Virus record (IMG/VR): IMGVR_UViG_3300031760_000022
Location: 24,323 to 88,322 of that record
Length of the DNA stretch: 64,000 nt
Direction: 5' to 3' (one strand)
From: a virus
Taxonomy: Duplodnaviria; Caudoviricetes
A model generated the notes under the pieces. It made no database searches, was not told where the DNA came from, and saw nothing but the letters and a program-made list of their open reading frames with translations. Below are positions 47,912 through 57,089 of this stretch, piece after piece (the stretch's first letter is position 1; the number at the start of each line of letters is the position of its first letter). The translations under genes and the position numbers were made by a program.

Positions 47912-48378
47912 ATAAATCCACCTTCAACCTTTATAAATTCTTCTATAAATTTTTCTTTAACTTTTTCCCAAGCAAAACATCCATCTCTATCTGGACGCTT
48001 TTTCTTCAATAATCTTTTAATATAATCTTTAGGATATTTCGGCAAACAATCTTTACCGTGTGTAAAAAATCCTTGACCTTCTAATCTTTTAGCTTTTGCC
48101 ATATTTTCATTACACCAAAGCCAATAGTGGGGTATACCATCACAAGGAATGTGCATAAGTTCTATTTTATCGCCAATAATATAAATAGTATTATTTTTAT
48201 CTAATGTAACATCAGCAGACCAAATTTCACCCGAAGGGGTTAAATCAAGCGTTCCATAAAAACTTGTGTAATGTGGGCCTTTACCTGTAAGATAGTCGCT
48301 ATAATAACTAGGTTCATTCCCCATATACATAGCTTCCGTGTAATTGGGAAAAGTTTCCATCATCCATTTTTTATCCAT
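47908..48378 (-). CDS. Hypothetical protein
   Basis: First gene after promoter 48382-48432; true start ATG 48378. Confidence 0.65.
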   Translation of the reverse strand: MDKKWMMETFPNYTEAMYMGNEPSYYSDYLTGKGPHYTSFYGTLDLTPSGEIWSADVTLDKNNTIYIIGDKIELMHIPCDGIPHYWLWCNENMAKAKRLEGQGFFTHGKDCLPKYPKDYIKRLLKKKRPDRDGCFAWEKVKEKFIEEFIKVEGGFI

Positions 48379-48381
48379 AAA

Positions 48382-48432
48382 AAATCCCCCTTTATTGATA
48401 CTGATTATATCATATAAAGGGGGATTTGTCAA
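48382..48432 (-). promoter_or_regulatory. SigmaA promoter within a 14-bp inverted repeat
   Basis: TTGACA-17-TATAAT; arms 48382-48395 and 48414-48427; downstream arm contains the SD. Confidence 0.88.
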
Positions 48433-48440
48433 GTGTTATT

Positions 48441-49370
48441 TTATTCAGTCACACCAATCAGTGCCATAGCCCTATCCATAATAGGATGACCATTCATAAT
48501 CCTGCCCCAATTGTTTTCTGCATAGCTTTCAGTTGCCCTAGCGGGGTTAGCATGACCAACCCAATCGCTAACAGCGTTGATAAATCCCCACTTAGTATTA
48601 AGGAACTTAATAAGGTCAGGTGCAAGCATACAAGCCTGAATACCATCCTTGGCAAGCTGAATGTTATTCTTCTTCCTGTCGCTCATATCTTCAGTAATGG
48701 GGAAAAGTTCATCAAGCACAGCGTTTACATCTTCGGGCATAAACTTTTCATTAGCAAGCCTATCAGCGTTTTCAGCAAGCGCATCAAGATAATCATTTGC
48801 AAGCTGAAGGGTATGCTTTGCTTCCTGCAATTTACTGTTCATATCCCCCATATGTTTAGTAGACCAAGACCTAGTAGCACTACTAAGAGCAAGATTAAGA
48901 GTATTATTGCAGACTACACGAATAGGGGTAGATACTACACGAATAGCACCAGTACCATCATGGCTGTTAGTAAAACAAATATAAGGGTCAAAATTATCGT
49001 CAAGAATCTTTCTTTCAGGCATCTTAGCAAGAAGCCAAATAGTCTTACCGTTTTTCAGACTACCAGCAGTTTCATAAGTAACACCTTCGCCAACAAGATT
49101 ATCAGTAAAATCAAACGCTTCAAAATTCTGAACAACCTTATAACGGTCAGTTACAACGCCAAGAACACTACCATCAGAACTACGGGTATTAGCCTTGTAA
49201 CCCTTGATTTCAACACCATTGGAATCATAGACAGGCTTCCCATCAACAGTCCAATTCAGTCCAGCGAGGTCAAGAGCATCTTTGCTTGTGGGGGCTTCCT
49301 GAACAATGGTTCCAAGACCGTGCCACGGGGTTTCACGAACACTAAACATAGTTTCTACATTAGCCGACAT
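48441..49370 (-). CDS. DUF932-family phage/plasmid protein
   Basis: RETPWHGLG..AGLNW, VVQNFEAF, ETAGSL, NSHDGT, RVVCNNTL. Confidence 0.85.
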   Translation of the reverse strand: MSANVETMFSVRETPWHGLGTIVQEAPTSKDALDLAGLNWTVDGKPVYDSNGVEIKGYKANTRSSDGSVLGVVTDRYKVVQNFEAFDFTDNLVGEGVTYETAGSLKNGKTIWLLAKMPERKILDDNFDPYICFTNSHDGTGAIRVVSTPIRVVCNNTLNLALSSATRSWSTKHMGDMNSKLQEAKHTLQLANDYLDALAENADRLANEKFMPEDVNAVLDELFPITEDMSDRKKNNIQLAKDGIQACMLAPDLIKFLNTKWGFINAVSDWVGHANPARATESYAENNWGRIMNGHPIMDRAMALIGVTE

Positions 49371-49384
49371 AATCAATTCCTCCT

Positions 49385-49456
49385 AAAAAATTTGTGATAT
49401 ATTTGGTTCTTCCTTAACTGTGACCCAATTATATCACAAATATTTTTATTTGTCAA
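49385..49456 (-). promoter_or_regulatory. SigmaA promoter overlapped by an 11-bp inverted repeat
   Basis: TTGACA-17-TATAAT; arms 49391-49401 and 49430-49440. Confidence 0.82.
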
Positions 49457-49473
49457 GAATTATTTTAAGATTT

Positions 49474-49806
49474 TTATTTAATTTCTTTCTTAATATCTTT
49501 TATATTATTCCAAACATAATCAACGAATCTATCCCAATTGAGTTCTATTTGTTCAAACACATCTATTTTCTTTTCTTCAAAATCTTTTCTTTCAGGCCAA
49601 GAAGTTAAAACGATTTCCCATTCACATTTACTCCAATAATAATAGGCAAGGTCTTGTCTAAGCTGTTTTACAAAACTATTTTTATCATTTTTATTTTTTC
49701 TTTTGTTTTTTATACAATCTTCCCAAAATCTGTAGTGTTCAAAAATATTAAAGGTTTTAATGTTTTTTCTATTAAAATCTTCATAGTATACATTCCAAGT
49801 TAGCAT
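49474..49806 (-). CDS. Hypothetical phage protein
   Basis: MLTWNVYYEDFN..YYYWSKCEWEI..KIDVFEQ; start ATG 49806. Confidence 0.7.
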   Translation of the reverse strand: MLTWNVYYEDFNRKNIKTFNIFEHYRFWEDCIKNKRKNKNDKNSFVKQLRQDLAYYYWSKCEWEIVLTSWPERKDFEEKKIDVFEQIELNWDRFVDYVWNNIKDIKKEIK

Positions 49807-49807
49807 A

Positions 49808-50077
49808 TTATTCCCTTCTTGTTTTATATGTTGAAGATGTTTTATATATTGAAGATAATGTATTTGAAAGATTTTCAAATTTTTCAGGTGTAAATGTATA
49901 AGATTCTCCCAACTTAATATCTTTTACTTCTGTTAAAGTTTGTAAAAATTTTTCACATTCTTTTTCCATAAGTTTTCTAATTTCTTTCCAAATTTCTTTT
50001 TGTTCTTTTTTACTTAAACTTTGATACCATGTAACAAAATCATTATCCCCAAAAGTCATTTCTTGTAATTTATTCAA
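49808..50077 (-). CDS. Hypothetical protein
   Basis: 89-aa ORF, overlaps primase stop. Confidence 0.55.
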   Translation of the reverse strand: MNKLQEMTFGDNDFVTWYQSLSKKEQKEIWKEIRKLMEKECEKFLQTLTEVKDIKLGESYTFTPEKFENLSNTLSSIYKTSSTYKTRRE

Positions 50078-51162
50078 ATAATTTCTTCCCTACTTTCCCA
50101 CAGTTTGTTCCATGTTTCTTCATCACCATCAAAAGGACTACATTTATACCAATTTTCCAAACCAATGTTGTTATAAACTATATCTACATCACAATATCCC
50201 TTGAACATTTCCCCAAGTCTAATCATTTTTTTTTCAAATTCTTTGTAATCTTCATCCCCAAAACTATGAAAATCACTATCAAGGGCAAGCGTAATATGAT
50301 TAACACCCATTTTTATAAGTTCCCTTACACGCTTTAATCCTATATTACTTCCATAAAGAGCCAGTACATTTGACTTTTCATGCCACCAAGTATCTGCTTT
50401 GAGAACGCTTTTTTCACCTTCTACAAGAATCACATGACCAGTTCTTTCTATTTCAGGACGATTATAATTTTCACCATAAAATACATTATTAGTGGGGAAT
50501 TTATATATTGTTCCATTTAATAATTGTAAAGGTCTATACTTCCCATTATCTATTTCTTCTGGAAGCCAATGCCTACATCTTATTCCTATGAGTTCGCCTT
50601 TAGTATCAAAGCAAGGGATGGCAGTTGATTGAAGTCTTGGGTAATAACCTATTCCATATTTTTCCATTGTATCTATATTTATTCCTTCATCAATCCATTC
50701 TTGCGGATATATTTTTGGAAAATTATCTAATATAGATTTATCATAAATTTGTAGGGAACTTTCGCCCTTTTTAATTTTTAAATATTTCCCCAAATCTTCT
50801 TCCCAATTATATTGTTTCTTTTGGGTAATTCTTTTACAAGCAGAAGGGTCAAGTCCAGTTACAGACAGAATAAAGTTTATAGCATCTAAAAAAGAACATT
50901 CTTCGCCATTTGTAATTTTAATCGCTTGCACCAATCCAATTATATCATAACTGCAAGATTTGGTGTAACTAATATAAATTTTTGTATCATTGTAACGATA
51001 CAATTTGGGGGTTTGTTTGGTTGTATCTTTATATTTATCCGCATTGTAAAAAACTACTTGATTATTACCTTTAGAAAATTGTCTTAAACCAAGCGCTTTT
51101 TCTATCTGTTCATAATTAAAAAGGGTGAGAATTGATTTTAATTTTTTTGCGTTAATACTCAT
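50074..51162 (-). CDS. dnaG: DNA primase (Toprim)
   Basis: IPCFD..GIRCR, ILVEGEKS, LALDSD. Confidence 0.82.
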   Translation of the reverse strand: MSINAKKLKSILTLFNYEQIEKALGLRQFSKGNNQVVFYNADKYKDTTKQTPKLYRYNDTKIYISYTKSCSYDIIGLVQAIKITNGEECSFLDAINFILSVTGLDPSACKRITQKKQYNWEEDLGKYLKIKKGESSLQIYDKSILDNFPKIYPQEWIDEGINIDTMEKYGIGYYPRLQSTAIPCFDTKGELIGIRCRHWLPEEIDNGKYRPLQLLNGTIYKFPTNNVFYGENYNRPEIERTGHVILVEGEKSVLKADTWWHEKSNVLALYGSNIGLKRVRELIKMGVNHITLALDSDFHSFGDEDYKEFEKKMIRLGEMFKGYCDVDIVYNNIGLENWYKCSPFDGDEETWNKLWESREEII

Positions 51163-51184
51163 ATTCCCACCCTTTCTTTATTAT

Positions 51185-51625
51185 TTAGTAATTAAAATTA
51201 TTAACCAGTTCTTTAGCTTCTTCTTCTGAAATATTATTATCATAATAGTTTTGTGCAACTATAACATTAAAACTATTATCGTCACCCGTCAGCCAATTAA
51301 CTTCGACAAACATATTTCCATAGGCAGTAAACCATTGACATTCATTATGTTCAAGGCAGTATTTAATTCCTTTTTTTACTTCCCTTTCAATTGTTTCATT
51401 TTCAATGATTTTACTATCTTTACCACCATAATGATAATAACTTTCTGGGAATTGCATCGTTCTTTCAAATTTTTTTATAAAAATTTCTTTGTGGCAAGAA
51501 GGACATTCAACAACTCTTCCAAATGGATTTGAATAGGTATCTTCTTCCGAATAAGCAAACTTACAACCACATTTATCACAAGTGTGTATAATTTCTTCTG
51601 TTTTGTTTTCTTCAATAATTCGCAT
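51185..51625 (-). CDS. Hypothetical protein with N-terminal zinc ribbon
   Basis: CDKCG..CPSC. Confidence 0.65.
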   Translation of the reverse strand: MRIIEENKTEEIIHTCDKCGCKFAYSEEDTYSNPFGRVVECPSCHKEIFIKKFERTMQFPESYYHYGGKDSKIIENETIEREVKKGIKYCLEHNECQWFTAYGNMFVEVNWLTGDDNSFNVIVAQNYYDNNISEEEAKELVNNFNY

Positions 51626-52692
51626 TAAAACCACCTCCTAAAATTATCAATTTCATTAACCAACCCTTTAATATCATCATAACTATTATCAGCACCAAAA
51701 GATACTCTAATAGTTTGACTTGCTATTTTCTCATTAAATCCCATAGCTTCAAGCACACGATAATCTCCTGCTCCAGCGCAAGCACTATGAGCTACACCAA
51801 TATAAATATCTTTAGAAGCAAGATATGTTTGAAGTGCGTCAGCGTTAATTCTTCTAAGATAAATAGCGTTAATAGTATAAGATTTATCAAATATGTTGGA
51901 ATAAACAAGTGCAGAATCTATGTTTTGTTCTACTAATTTATTGTTTAAAAAACTATACAATTCATACCAGCGTTTGGGATTTAAAAGTTGTTTATCATTA
52001 ACGCACCAAATACACCAACTAAGAGCATCAGCAATCATACAAGCACCAGCAACATCAACAGTACCATGCAAAAGGTTGTATTGATTTTTTGGGTCTTTAT
52101 TTGCACCAAGATATTCACCTAATCTATCACTAATCCACATAACACCAATACCTTTTTCTGTATAAAACTTATGTCCACTAAACCACATGGCATCACAGTA
52201 TTCTTCAAGGTTGTCAGGAAGAACAATATGACCAATAGCGGCTGTAAGGTCTACACCAAAAAATTGATTGGGCTTGGTTACAAATTCTTCTTTGGTTTGT
52301 TTAATATCCCATATATCACCAGTAATTTGATTGACAAGTTGATGGCAATATATGGAATATTTTTGTAAAAAATATTTTGTTATTTTATCAAATCTTGTTT
52401 CATCTAATACTTCGCTAACATTATAAACACTATCATGTTCATAAGGCGAACACCAAACTTCATCCACACAAAATTTACTTGCAAGCCATTCTACAGCTTC
52501 AGTAGCACAACGAAAGAAAAGAACATAACCACCTTTTACACTAAGACAAGATTTAATTTTTTCTTTTGCCTTTTCAAGTTCAAGTTGTTCTTCTGTTTTT
52601 GTGTAAGGTGTATTACTATTCATCCAGAAATCTTTGTGAACACCACGGAAGAACATGGGTTTCGTGGTCGCGGCGTTGTCAAGATAAATCAT
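51625..52692 (-). CDS. iscS: Cysteine desulfurase, IscS/NifS-like (PLP class V)
   Basis: MIYLDNAATT, FSGHKFY (PLP Lys), GTVDV, HSAC (catalytic Cys), IRVSFG. Confidence 0.85.
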   Translation of the reverse strand: MIYLDNAATTKPMFFRGVHKDFWMNSNTPYTKTEEQLELEKAKEKIKSCLSVKGGYVLFFRCATEAVEWLASKFCVDEVWCSPYEHDSVYNVSEVLDETRFDKITKYFLQKYSIYCHQLVNQITGDIWDIKQTKEEFVTKPNQFFGVDLTAAIGHIVLPDNLEEYCDAMWFSGHKFYTEKGIGVMWISDRLGEYLGANKDPKNQYNLLHGTVDVAGACMIADALSWCIWCVNDKQLLNPKRWYELYSFLNNKLVEQNIDSALVYSNIFDKSYTINAIYLRRINADALQTYLASKDIYIGVAHSACAGAGDYRVLEAMGFNEKIASQTIRVSFGADNSYDDIKGLVNEIDNFRRWF

Positions 52693-53128
52693 GTTTTTCC
52701 CTCCAATAAAATTCATCTATTTTATTCCATTCTTCTTCTGAAATATTGCCGCAATCATATTTTTCCTGAAGATTATAATAACATTGCTGTAAATATCTAA
52801 AAGTGTGCCATTTTGAAAAAATATCTTTAGAATGAATTAAACCTCCATTATTATCTTGTGGCAATTTATTTTCCACGATGATTATTCTATTCCATTGATA
52901 TAACTTTTCTGTATCAATTTTATATTCCCTATAACGCATAGCAAGAATAACCAAAGAACAATATGCTTCCCAATGTGTAACAGGGTAATCCATAATTCTA
53001 TTAACGAAGATATGGTTTGGTGTTCCTTTTTCAGCTATATTTTTAGCAATACAACAACATTCTCTCCATTGTCCTAAAAGTTGCTGTCTAGGGAGATAAA
53101 GAAGTAAATTCTTGTGCCAACATCTCAT
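52679..53128 (-). CDS. Pyrimidine-dimer DNA glycosylase-like protein (DenV family)
   Basis: MRCWH..LPRQQLLGQWREC..YLQQCYYNLQEK. Confidence 0.7.
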   Translation of the reverse strand: MRCWHKNLLLYLPRQQLLGQWRECCCIAKNIAEKGTPNHIFVNRIMDYPVTHWEAYCSLVILAMRYREYKIDTEKLYQWNRIIIVENKLPQDNNGGLIHSKDIFSKWHTFRYLQQCYYNLQEKYDCGNISEEEWNKIDEFYWREKHDLS

Positions 53129-53132
53129 AACA

Positions 53133-53185
53133 AAACCTTCTTTCTTGTTTTTTTGTATTATACCACAAGAAAAAAGGTTTGTCAA
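53133..53185 (-). promoter_or_regulatory. SigmaA promoter within a 15-bp inverted repeat (1 mismatch)
   Basis: TTGACA-17-TATAAT; arms 53133-53147 and 53166-53180. Confidence 0.82.
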
Positions 53186-53193
53186 GTCAATTA

Positions 53194-54576
53194 TTAAATA
53201 TAAATTTTTGTCCCCTCATTAACACACACAACTTTAGCCGCTTTACCTTGGCTATGTAATCTATCCTGCAATGTATTACAAAACTTTGGTTTGTACCTTA
53301 TATCCCCATGTACTAAAGCTATTTTATTATATCTTAATTCACTATAATAATTAAGTAATTCTTCATAACTTGCGTGACTAGAAAAAGAATATAAGCAAGT
53401 TATATTAGCATTATTTTCTACCCAATCTCCATCAACTTTTACAAATCTATCACCGTCTTTAATCTGACTAGCAAGATTATTTTCGCCACTAAATCCACAA
53501 AAAATAATATGATTATTTCTGTTTGGAAGTAATGTTTTAAGATGTGGCAAACTTCTTCCAGCAGTTAAGAATCCGCTTCCTGCTAGGATGATACAATGTT
53601 TATTTTCATTTTGTAAAACTTGACTTTCTGCCCAAGAATTGATTAAATGTAAATTAGGCATTTTCATTATTTCATTTTGGAAAACTTCATCGTCCCATAT
53701 GTCACAAATTTTTTGGGCTAATGGACTATCTAAATAAATAGGCATATCCATATTTATCGCCATATCGTAAAGTAAAGTTAATATTTCTTGTGTTCTCCCA
53801 AGACTAAAAGTTGGAATAAGTATTTTATTCGACTGTTCAGAAATTGCGGAAATCTTTTCAATATCTTTACTTCTATCTTTAATTTTATTGGGTCTTGTAG
53901 GCTGATTATAAGTGTTTTCACCTATCAATAAATCTACAAAAGGTAAATCTATTCTTGGTTCTGTATATACCCTTTTACCTTCACCTATATCTCCTGTATT
54001 TCCTATTCTCTTTTTTACAAAGCCTTCATTAAGTGTAAGAACAATTTGGGCTGAATGAATAATGTGTCCAGCAGGATAGTATTCAAATGACATATCTTCA
54101 TTTATATTATATTCATTATAATAGTCTACTTCAATACATCTGTTCAATGTTCTTTCAATTGCTTGTTCATCATAAAGTGGAAATAGTTTTAATCCATGCT
54201 TATGATTGATTTTATCACAATCCTGTTGCATGATTTTAAGACTATCTTCCCAAAGCAATTTAAGATATGGTTTTGTTCCTAATGGAACATAGGTGTGGGC
54301 TTGGCAACCTTTAGAATACATGGCTGGGACAAGCCCACTATGGTCTATATGTAGATGTGAAATAATAATATAATCTATATCTTGTGGTTTAACTTTTTTT
54401 AATTGAATGACATTTGCTTTATAATTACTTAAAGGGTCATTAAGTTGAATCATACCACAATCTAAAAGCGTTACATACTTTTTGAATCTAACTAAGTGCA
54501 TTGAACCAGTAACATCAACCGAAGAATTACCAACAAAAGAAACATAAGGTTTGCTAGTCCCTTTTCCTTTTACCAT
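53194..54576 (-). CDS. Metallo-beta-lactamase/beta-CASP nuclease
   Basis: LLDCG, SHLHIDHSG, GHIIHS, GDIG, IPTFSLGRTQE, FSSHA. Confidence 0.88.
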   Translation of the reverse strand: MVKGKGTSKPYVSFVGNSSVDVTGSMHLVRFKKYVTLLDCGMIQLNDPLSNYKANVIQLKKVKPQDIDYIIISHLHIDHSGLVPAMYSKGCQAHTYVPLGTKPYLKLLWEDSLKIMQQDCDKINHKHGLKLFPLYDEQAIERTLNRCIEVDYYNEYNINEDMSFEYYPAGHIIHSAQIVLTLNEGFVKKRIGNTGDIGEGKRVYTEPRIDLPFVDLLIGENTYNQPTRPNKIKDRSKDIEKISAISEQSNKILIPTFSLGRTQEILTLLYDMAINMDMPIYLDSPLAQKICDIWDDEVFQNEIMKMPNLHLINSWAESQVLQNENKHCIILAGSGFLTAGRSLPHLKTLLPNRNNHIIFCGFSGENNLASQIKDGDRFVKVDGDWVENNANITCLYSFSSHASYEELLNYYSELRYNKIALVHGDIRYKPKFCNTLQDRLHSQGKAAKVVCVNEGTKIYI

Positions 54577-54809
54577 TGTTCTTCTTCCTCTTGAACATCT
54601 GGAATTGCGAATCCAATAGCCTGAACAGAATGATTGGGTTCTTCTTCTTCGTTATCTTCTAATTCTTTTTGTTCTTTAGTAAGTTCTATTTGCCACTTTC
54701 CAATTTTTTTATTAACAAAATTTTGAATTAAATTTGAAAAAGAATCTAAAATTGGCATAACAATTACAAAAAACACAACAGATAATACAGCTATAAATAA
54801 TTCTCGCAA
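54570..54809 (-). CDS. Small membrane-anchored protein
   Basis: Hydrophobic N-terminus, acidic C-terminus. Confidence 0.6.
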   Translation of the reverse strand: MRELFIAVLSVVFFVIVMPILDSFSNLIQNFVNKKIGKWQIELTKEQKELEDNEEEEPNHSVQAIGFAIPDVQEEEEQW

Positions 54810-54810
54810 A

Positions 54811-56337
54811 TTAAAATTCTCCTTCTAATACAGGTTTTGGGATATTAACTAACTGATTGTATTGGTCAACAACGAAAAAATCTTTATTTTTCATTGTAGC
54901 TCTATCAAAATATCTAAAAACTTTAAGTTTTTGGTCAGCGTATTCGCCAAACCTAGCTTTATAAACATAAGTTATAATATTGGGTGTAGGGTCATTATTT
55001 CTATCAAATCCTTTGCGTTTTAAATATGGTTCAATCATTTTATATTCTTTTGGTCTATCTTTAACACTTAATGTTATACAAGCCGCGTCAAGTTTTTGTT
55101 TGATTGCTTTACTACTACTCAAACAACTTTCATCTGGAAACTCCATTTGTTTTTCATTTCCGTTTAATTGGCTTGCTGTCATAATTGCCACATTATATTG
55201 TTCTGCATATGCTTTAAGGTCGGTAGCTAACGCTCTAAGCACCAAATCTTCTCTTGCAGGAATAGAAGTAGACGCTTTATATTCAGCAGAAATAGCAGAT
55301 TGCAGTTGAAGATAATCAAATCCTACTGTGGTTATGCCATAATTTTTAACACAATCTTCTATCTTTCTTTTAATATTTGCGCTAGTAAAATCTGGCATAT
55401 CCACTATAATCATATTATTTCGTTGTAAAATATTACCAGCTTTTACAACACGATTTCTTTCTTCTTTTGTTAATTGTCCCATAGTAATGTGTTTAACATC
55501 AACGCCACTAACACAAGCAAGAAACATAGGATTGATTTCTTTTCTTGAAGCAAGTTCTGAATGAATAAATAATCCAGCACCATCGTAATTAGGATTTGTT
55601 ATAAAATCATGCGCTTCTTCGTTCCAAAGAGTATCAATTGATATTCCACAAAGGTCAGCTATCATCATACGGGTCTTGCCAGTTCCAGCAGGAGAACTAT
55701 TCATAATTAAATGTCCCCTACACAAACCCATATATAGCTGTGTAAGATAAGGGCTTGTAAGAAAACTACCAAAAGCAGGAGCTTGTTCAAATTCTTCTAT
55801 AAGGCTTTCAGTATCTTCCCCAGCAACCATTTCGTTTCGTACAAAGTTAATATCATATTTATTACGAAACAGACTTGCTTCATGGTCTATATCATCCAGT
55901 ATATCTTTAATAGTCCATTGTTCTAATTGTCTTTGAGCTTTTTCTTCTTCTTCCGTTTCATCATAATATTTAGAAATATCGTGACCTTTACTTTTCAATT
56001 CTCTAAGTAAAGAAAATTTACGAACATTATTATAATAAAAATCAAAGTTATCTAAGTTGGCTAATTCTTTTACTATTGATATATATTCATAGTAATTATT
56101 GTCAAGTAGAATTTCTTTTTGTGCTTCGTAATTATCTATAAAATTATCTATTTCAAGTTCTGTAATATTCGTTACGCCAGATTTTGCCAAATGATTTATA
56201 CAAACAAACAATACTTTGTGAAATTCTTGTGGGGCAAAATCATTTTTAGTCAAAGGTGTGTCTGGTCTTAAAGATAAAGAAGGGTTGTTTAACAAACAAC
56301 CTATCAACATTGAAGCAATGTTAGGATTGTAAAGCAA
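54811..56337 (-). CDS. dnaB: Replicative DnaB-like helicase
   Basis: PAGTGKT Walker A, FDYLQL, TASQLN, YKARFG. Confidence 0.85.
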   Translation of the reverse strand: MLYNPNIASMLIGCLLNNPSLSLRPDTPLTKNDFAPQEFHKVLFVCINHLAKSGVTNITELEIDNFIDNYEAQKEILLDNNYYEYISIVKELANLDNFDFYYNNVRKFSLLRELKSKGHDISKYYDETEEEEKAQRQLEQWTIKDILDDIDHEASLFRNKYDINFVRNEMVAGEDTESLIEEFEQAPAFGSFLTSPYLTQLYMGLCRGHLIMNSSPAGTGKTRMMIADLCGISIDTLWNEEAHDFITNPNYDGAGLFIHSELASRKEINPMFLACVSGVDVKHITMGQLTKEERNRVVKAGNILQRNNMIIVDMPDFTSANIKRKIEDCVKNYGITTVGFDYLQLQSAISAEYKASTSIPAREDLVLRALATDLKAYAEQYNVAIMTASQLNGNEKQMEFPDESCLSSSKAIKQKLDAACITLSVKDRPKEYKMIEPYLKRKGFDRNNDPTPNIITYVYKARFGEYADQKLKVFRYFDRATMKNKDFFVVDQYNQLVNIPKPVLEGEF

Positions 56338-56820
56338 TCACCAATCCACCTTCCCTTCATACTTTTTCTTGTGTATTTTTACAATCTGTTCATTAGGAAT
56401 TTCAACCGATTTCGCACGATTTATAGTTTCCCTAAATTCCATACAGGGTTTAATATATCGTGGGAAAATCTGTCCCAAACCATAATTAAAATCCCATTCT
56501 ACGCCTTCATAAACACGAGCATATTTACACACAAGATACATTTCATACCAATCAAGTTCATATTCTTCTTGAATGTCTTTAGCTTGCTTCATAACGCTAG
56601 GCCAATTAATTTTATCACCAGTCCATTCTTGCAAATAGTCTGTGAATTTTCTGCGGTCAGTTCCTTTTTCTGGTTTGAAATTTACAAGTGGTTTGGGTTT
56701 GGATTTTATAGAACAATATTTTTTGAAACAATCTTCTGAACAAAAATGCAAAGATTTATATTTATTTCCTTGATATCGTTGCCCTCTAGGAATTTCTTTA
56801 GAACATACATCACAAATCAT
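56338..56820 (-). CDS. Zinc-finger protein upstream of helicase
   Basis: CDVC..HFCSEDC; possible helicase loader (inference). Confidence 0.6.
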   Translation of the reverse strand: MICDVCSKEIPRGQRYQGNKYKSLHFCSEDCFKKYCSIKSKPKPLVNFKPEKGTDRRKFTDYLQEWTGDKINWPSVMKQAKDIQEEYELDWYEMYLVCKYARVYEGVEWDFNYGLGQIFPRYIKPCMEFRETINRAKSVEIPNEQIVKIHKKKYEGKVDW

Positions 56821-57082
56821 TTTCTACCCTATATCCATTCTTTTCTAGTAATTCAATAGCTTCTTTTATCTTATATTCAAGCCTTTCTTTTTCTGCTCGT
56901 TCCCTGATATAATCATAAAAATCACATTTAAGTTCATCCCCATTGCAAGAACATGGTTCACATTCTTTTGTTCCCCAACAAACACCTATTGTTATATCTT
57001 TCCAGTTTATACAATTTCCAGAATAAACATCGTAAAAATATTTTCTTTTATTTTGGGTATGATAACACTTACATTTTTCCAA
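56810..57082 (-). CDS. Hypothetical Cys-rich protein
   Basis: TTG start 57082 with SD inside the promoter repeat arm. Confidence 0.6.
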   Translation of the reverse strand: MEKCKCYHTQNKRKYFYDVYSGNCINWKDITIGVCWGTKECEPCSCNGDELKCDFYDYIRERAEKERLEYKIKEAIELLEKNGYRVENDL

Positions 57083-57089
57083 TAAAAAC

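Noticed and set aside
48426-49397. Long antisense ORFs (also 7143..7904, 7849..8478, 57618..58244, 58525..59517, 60100..60624)
   Set aside because: Shadows of strongly codon-biased genes on the opposite strand; no RBS or recognisable motifs.
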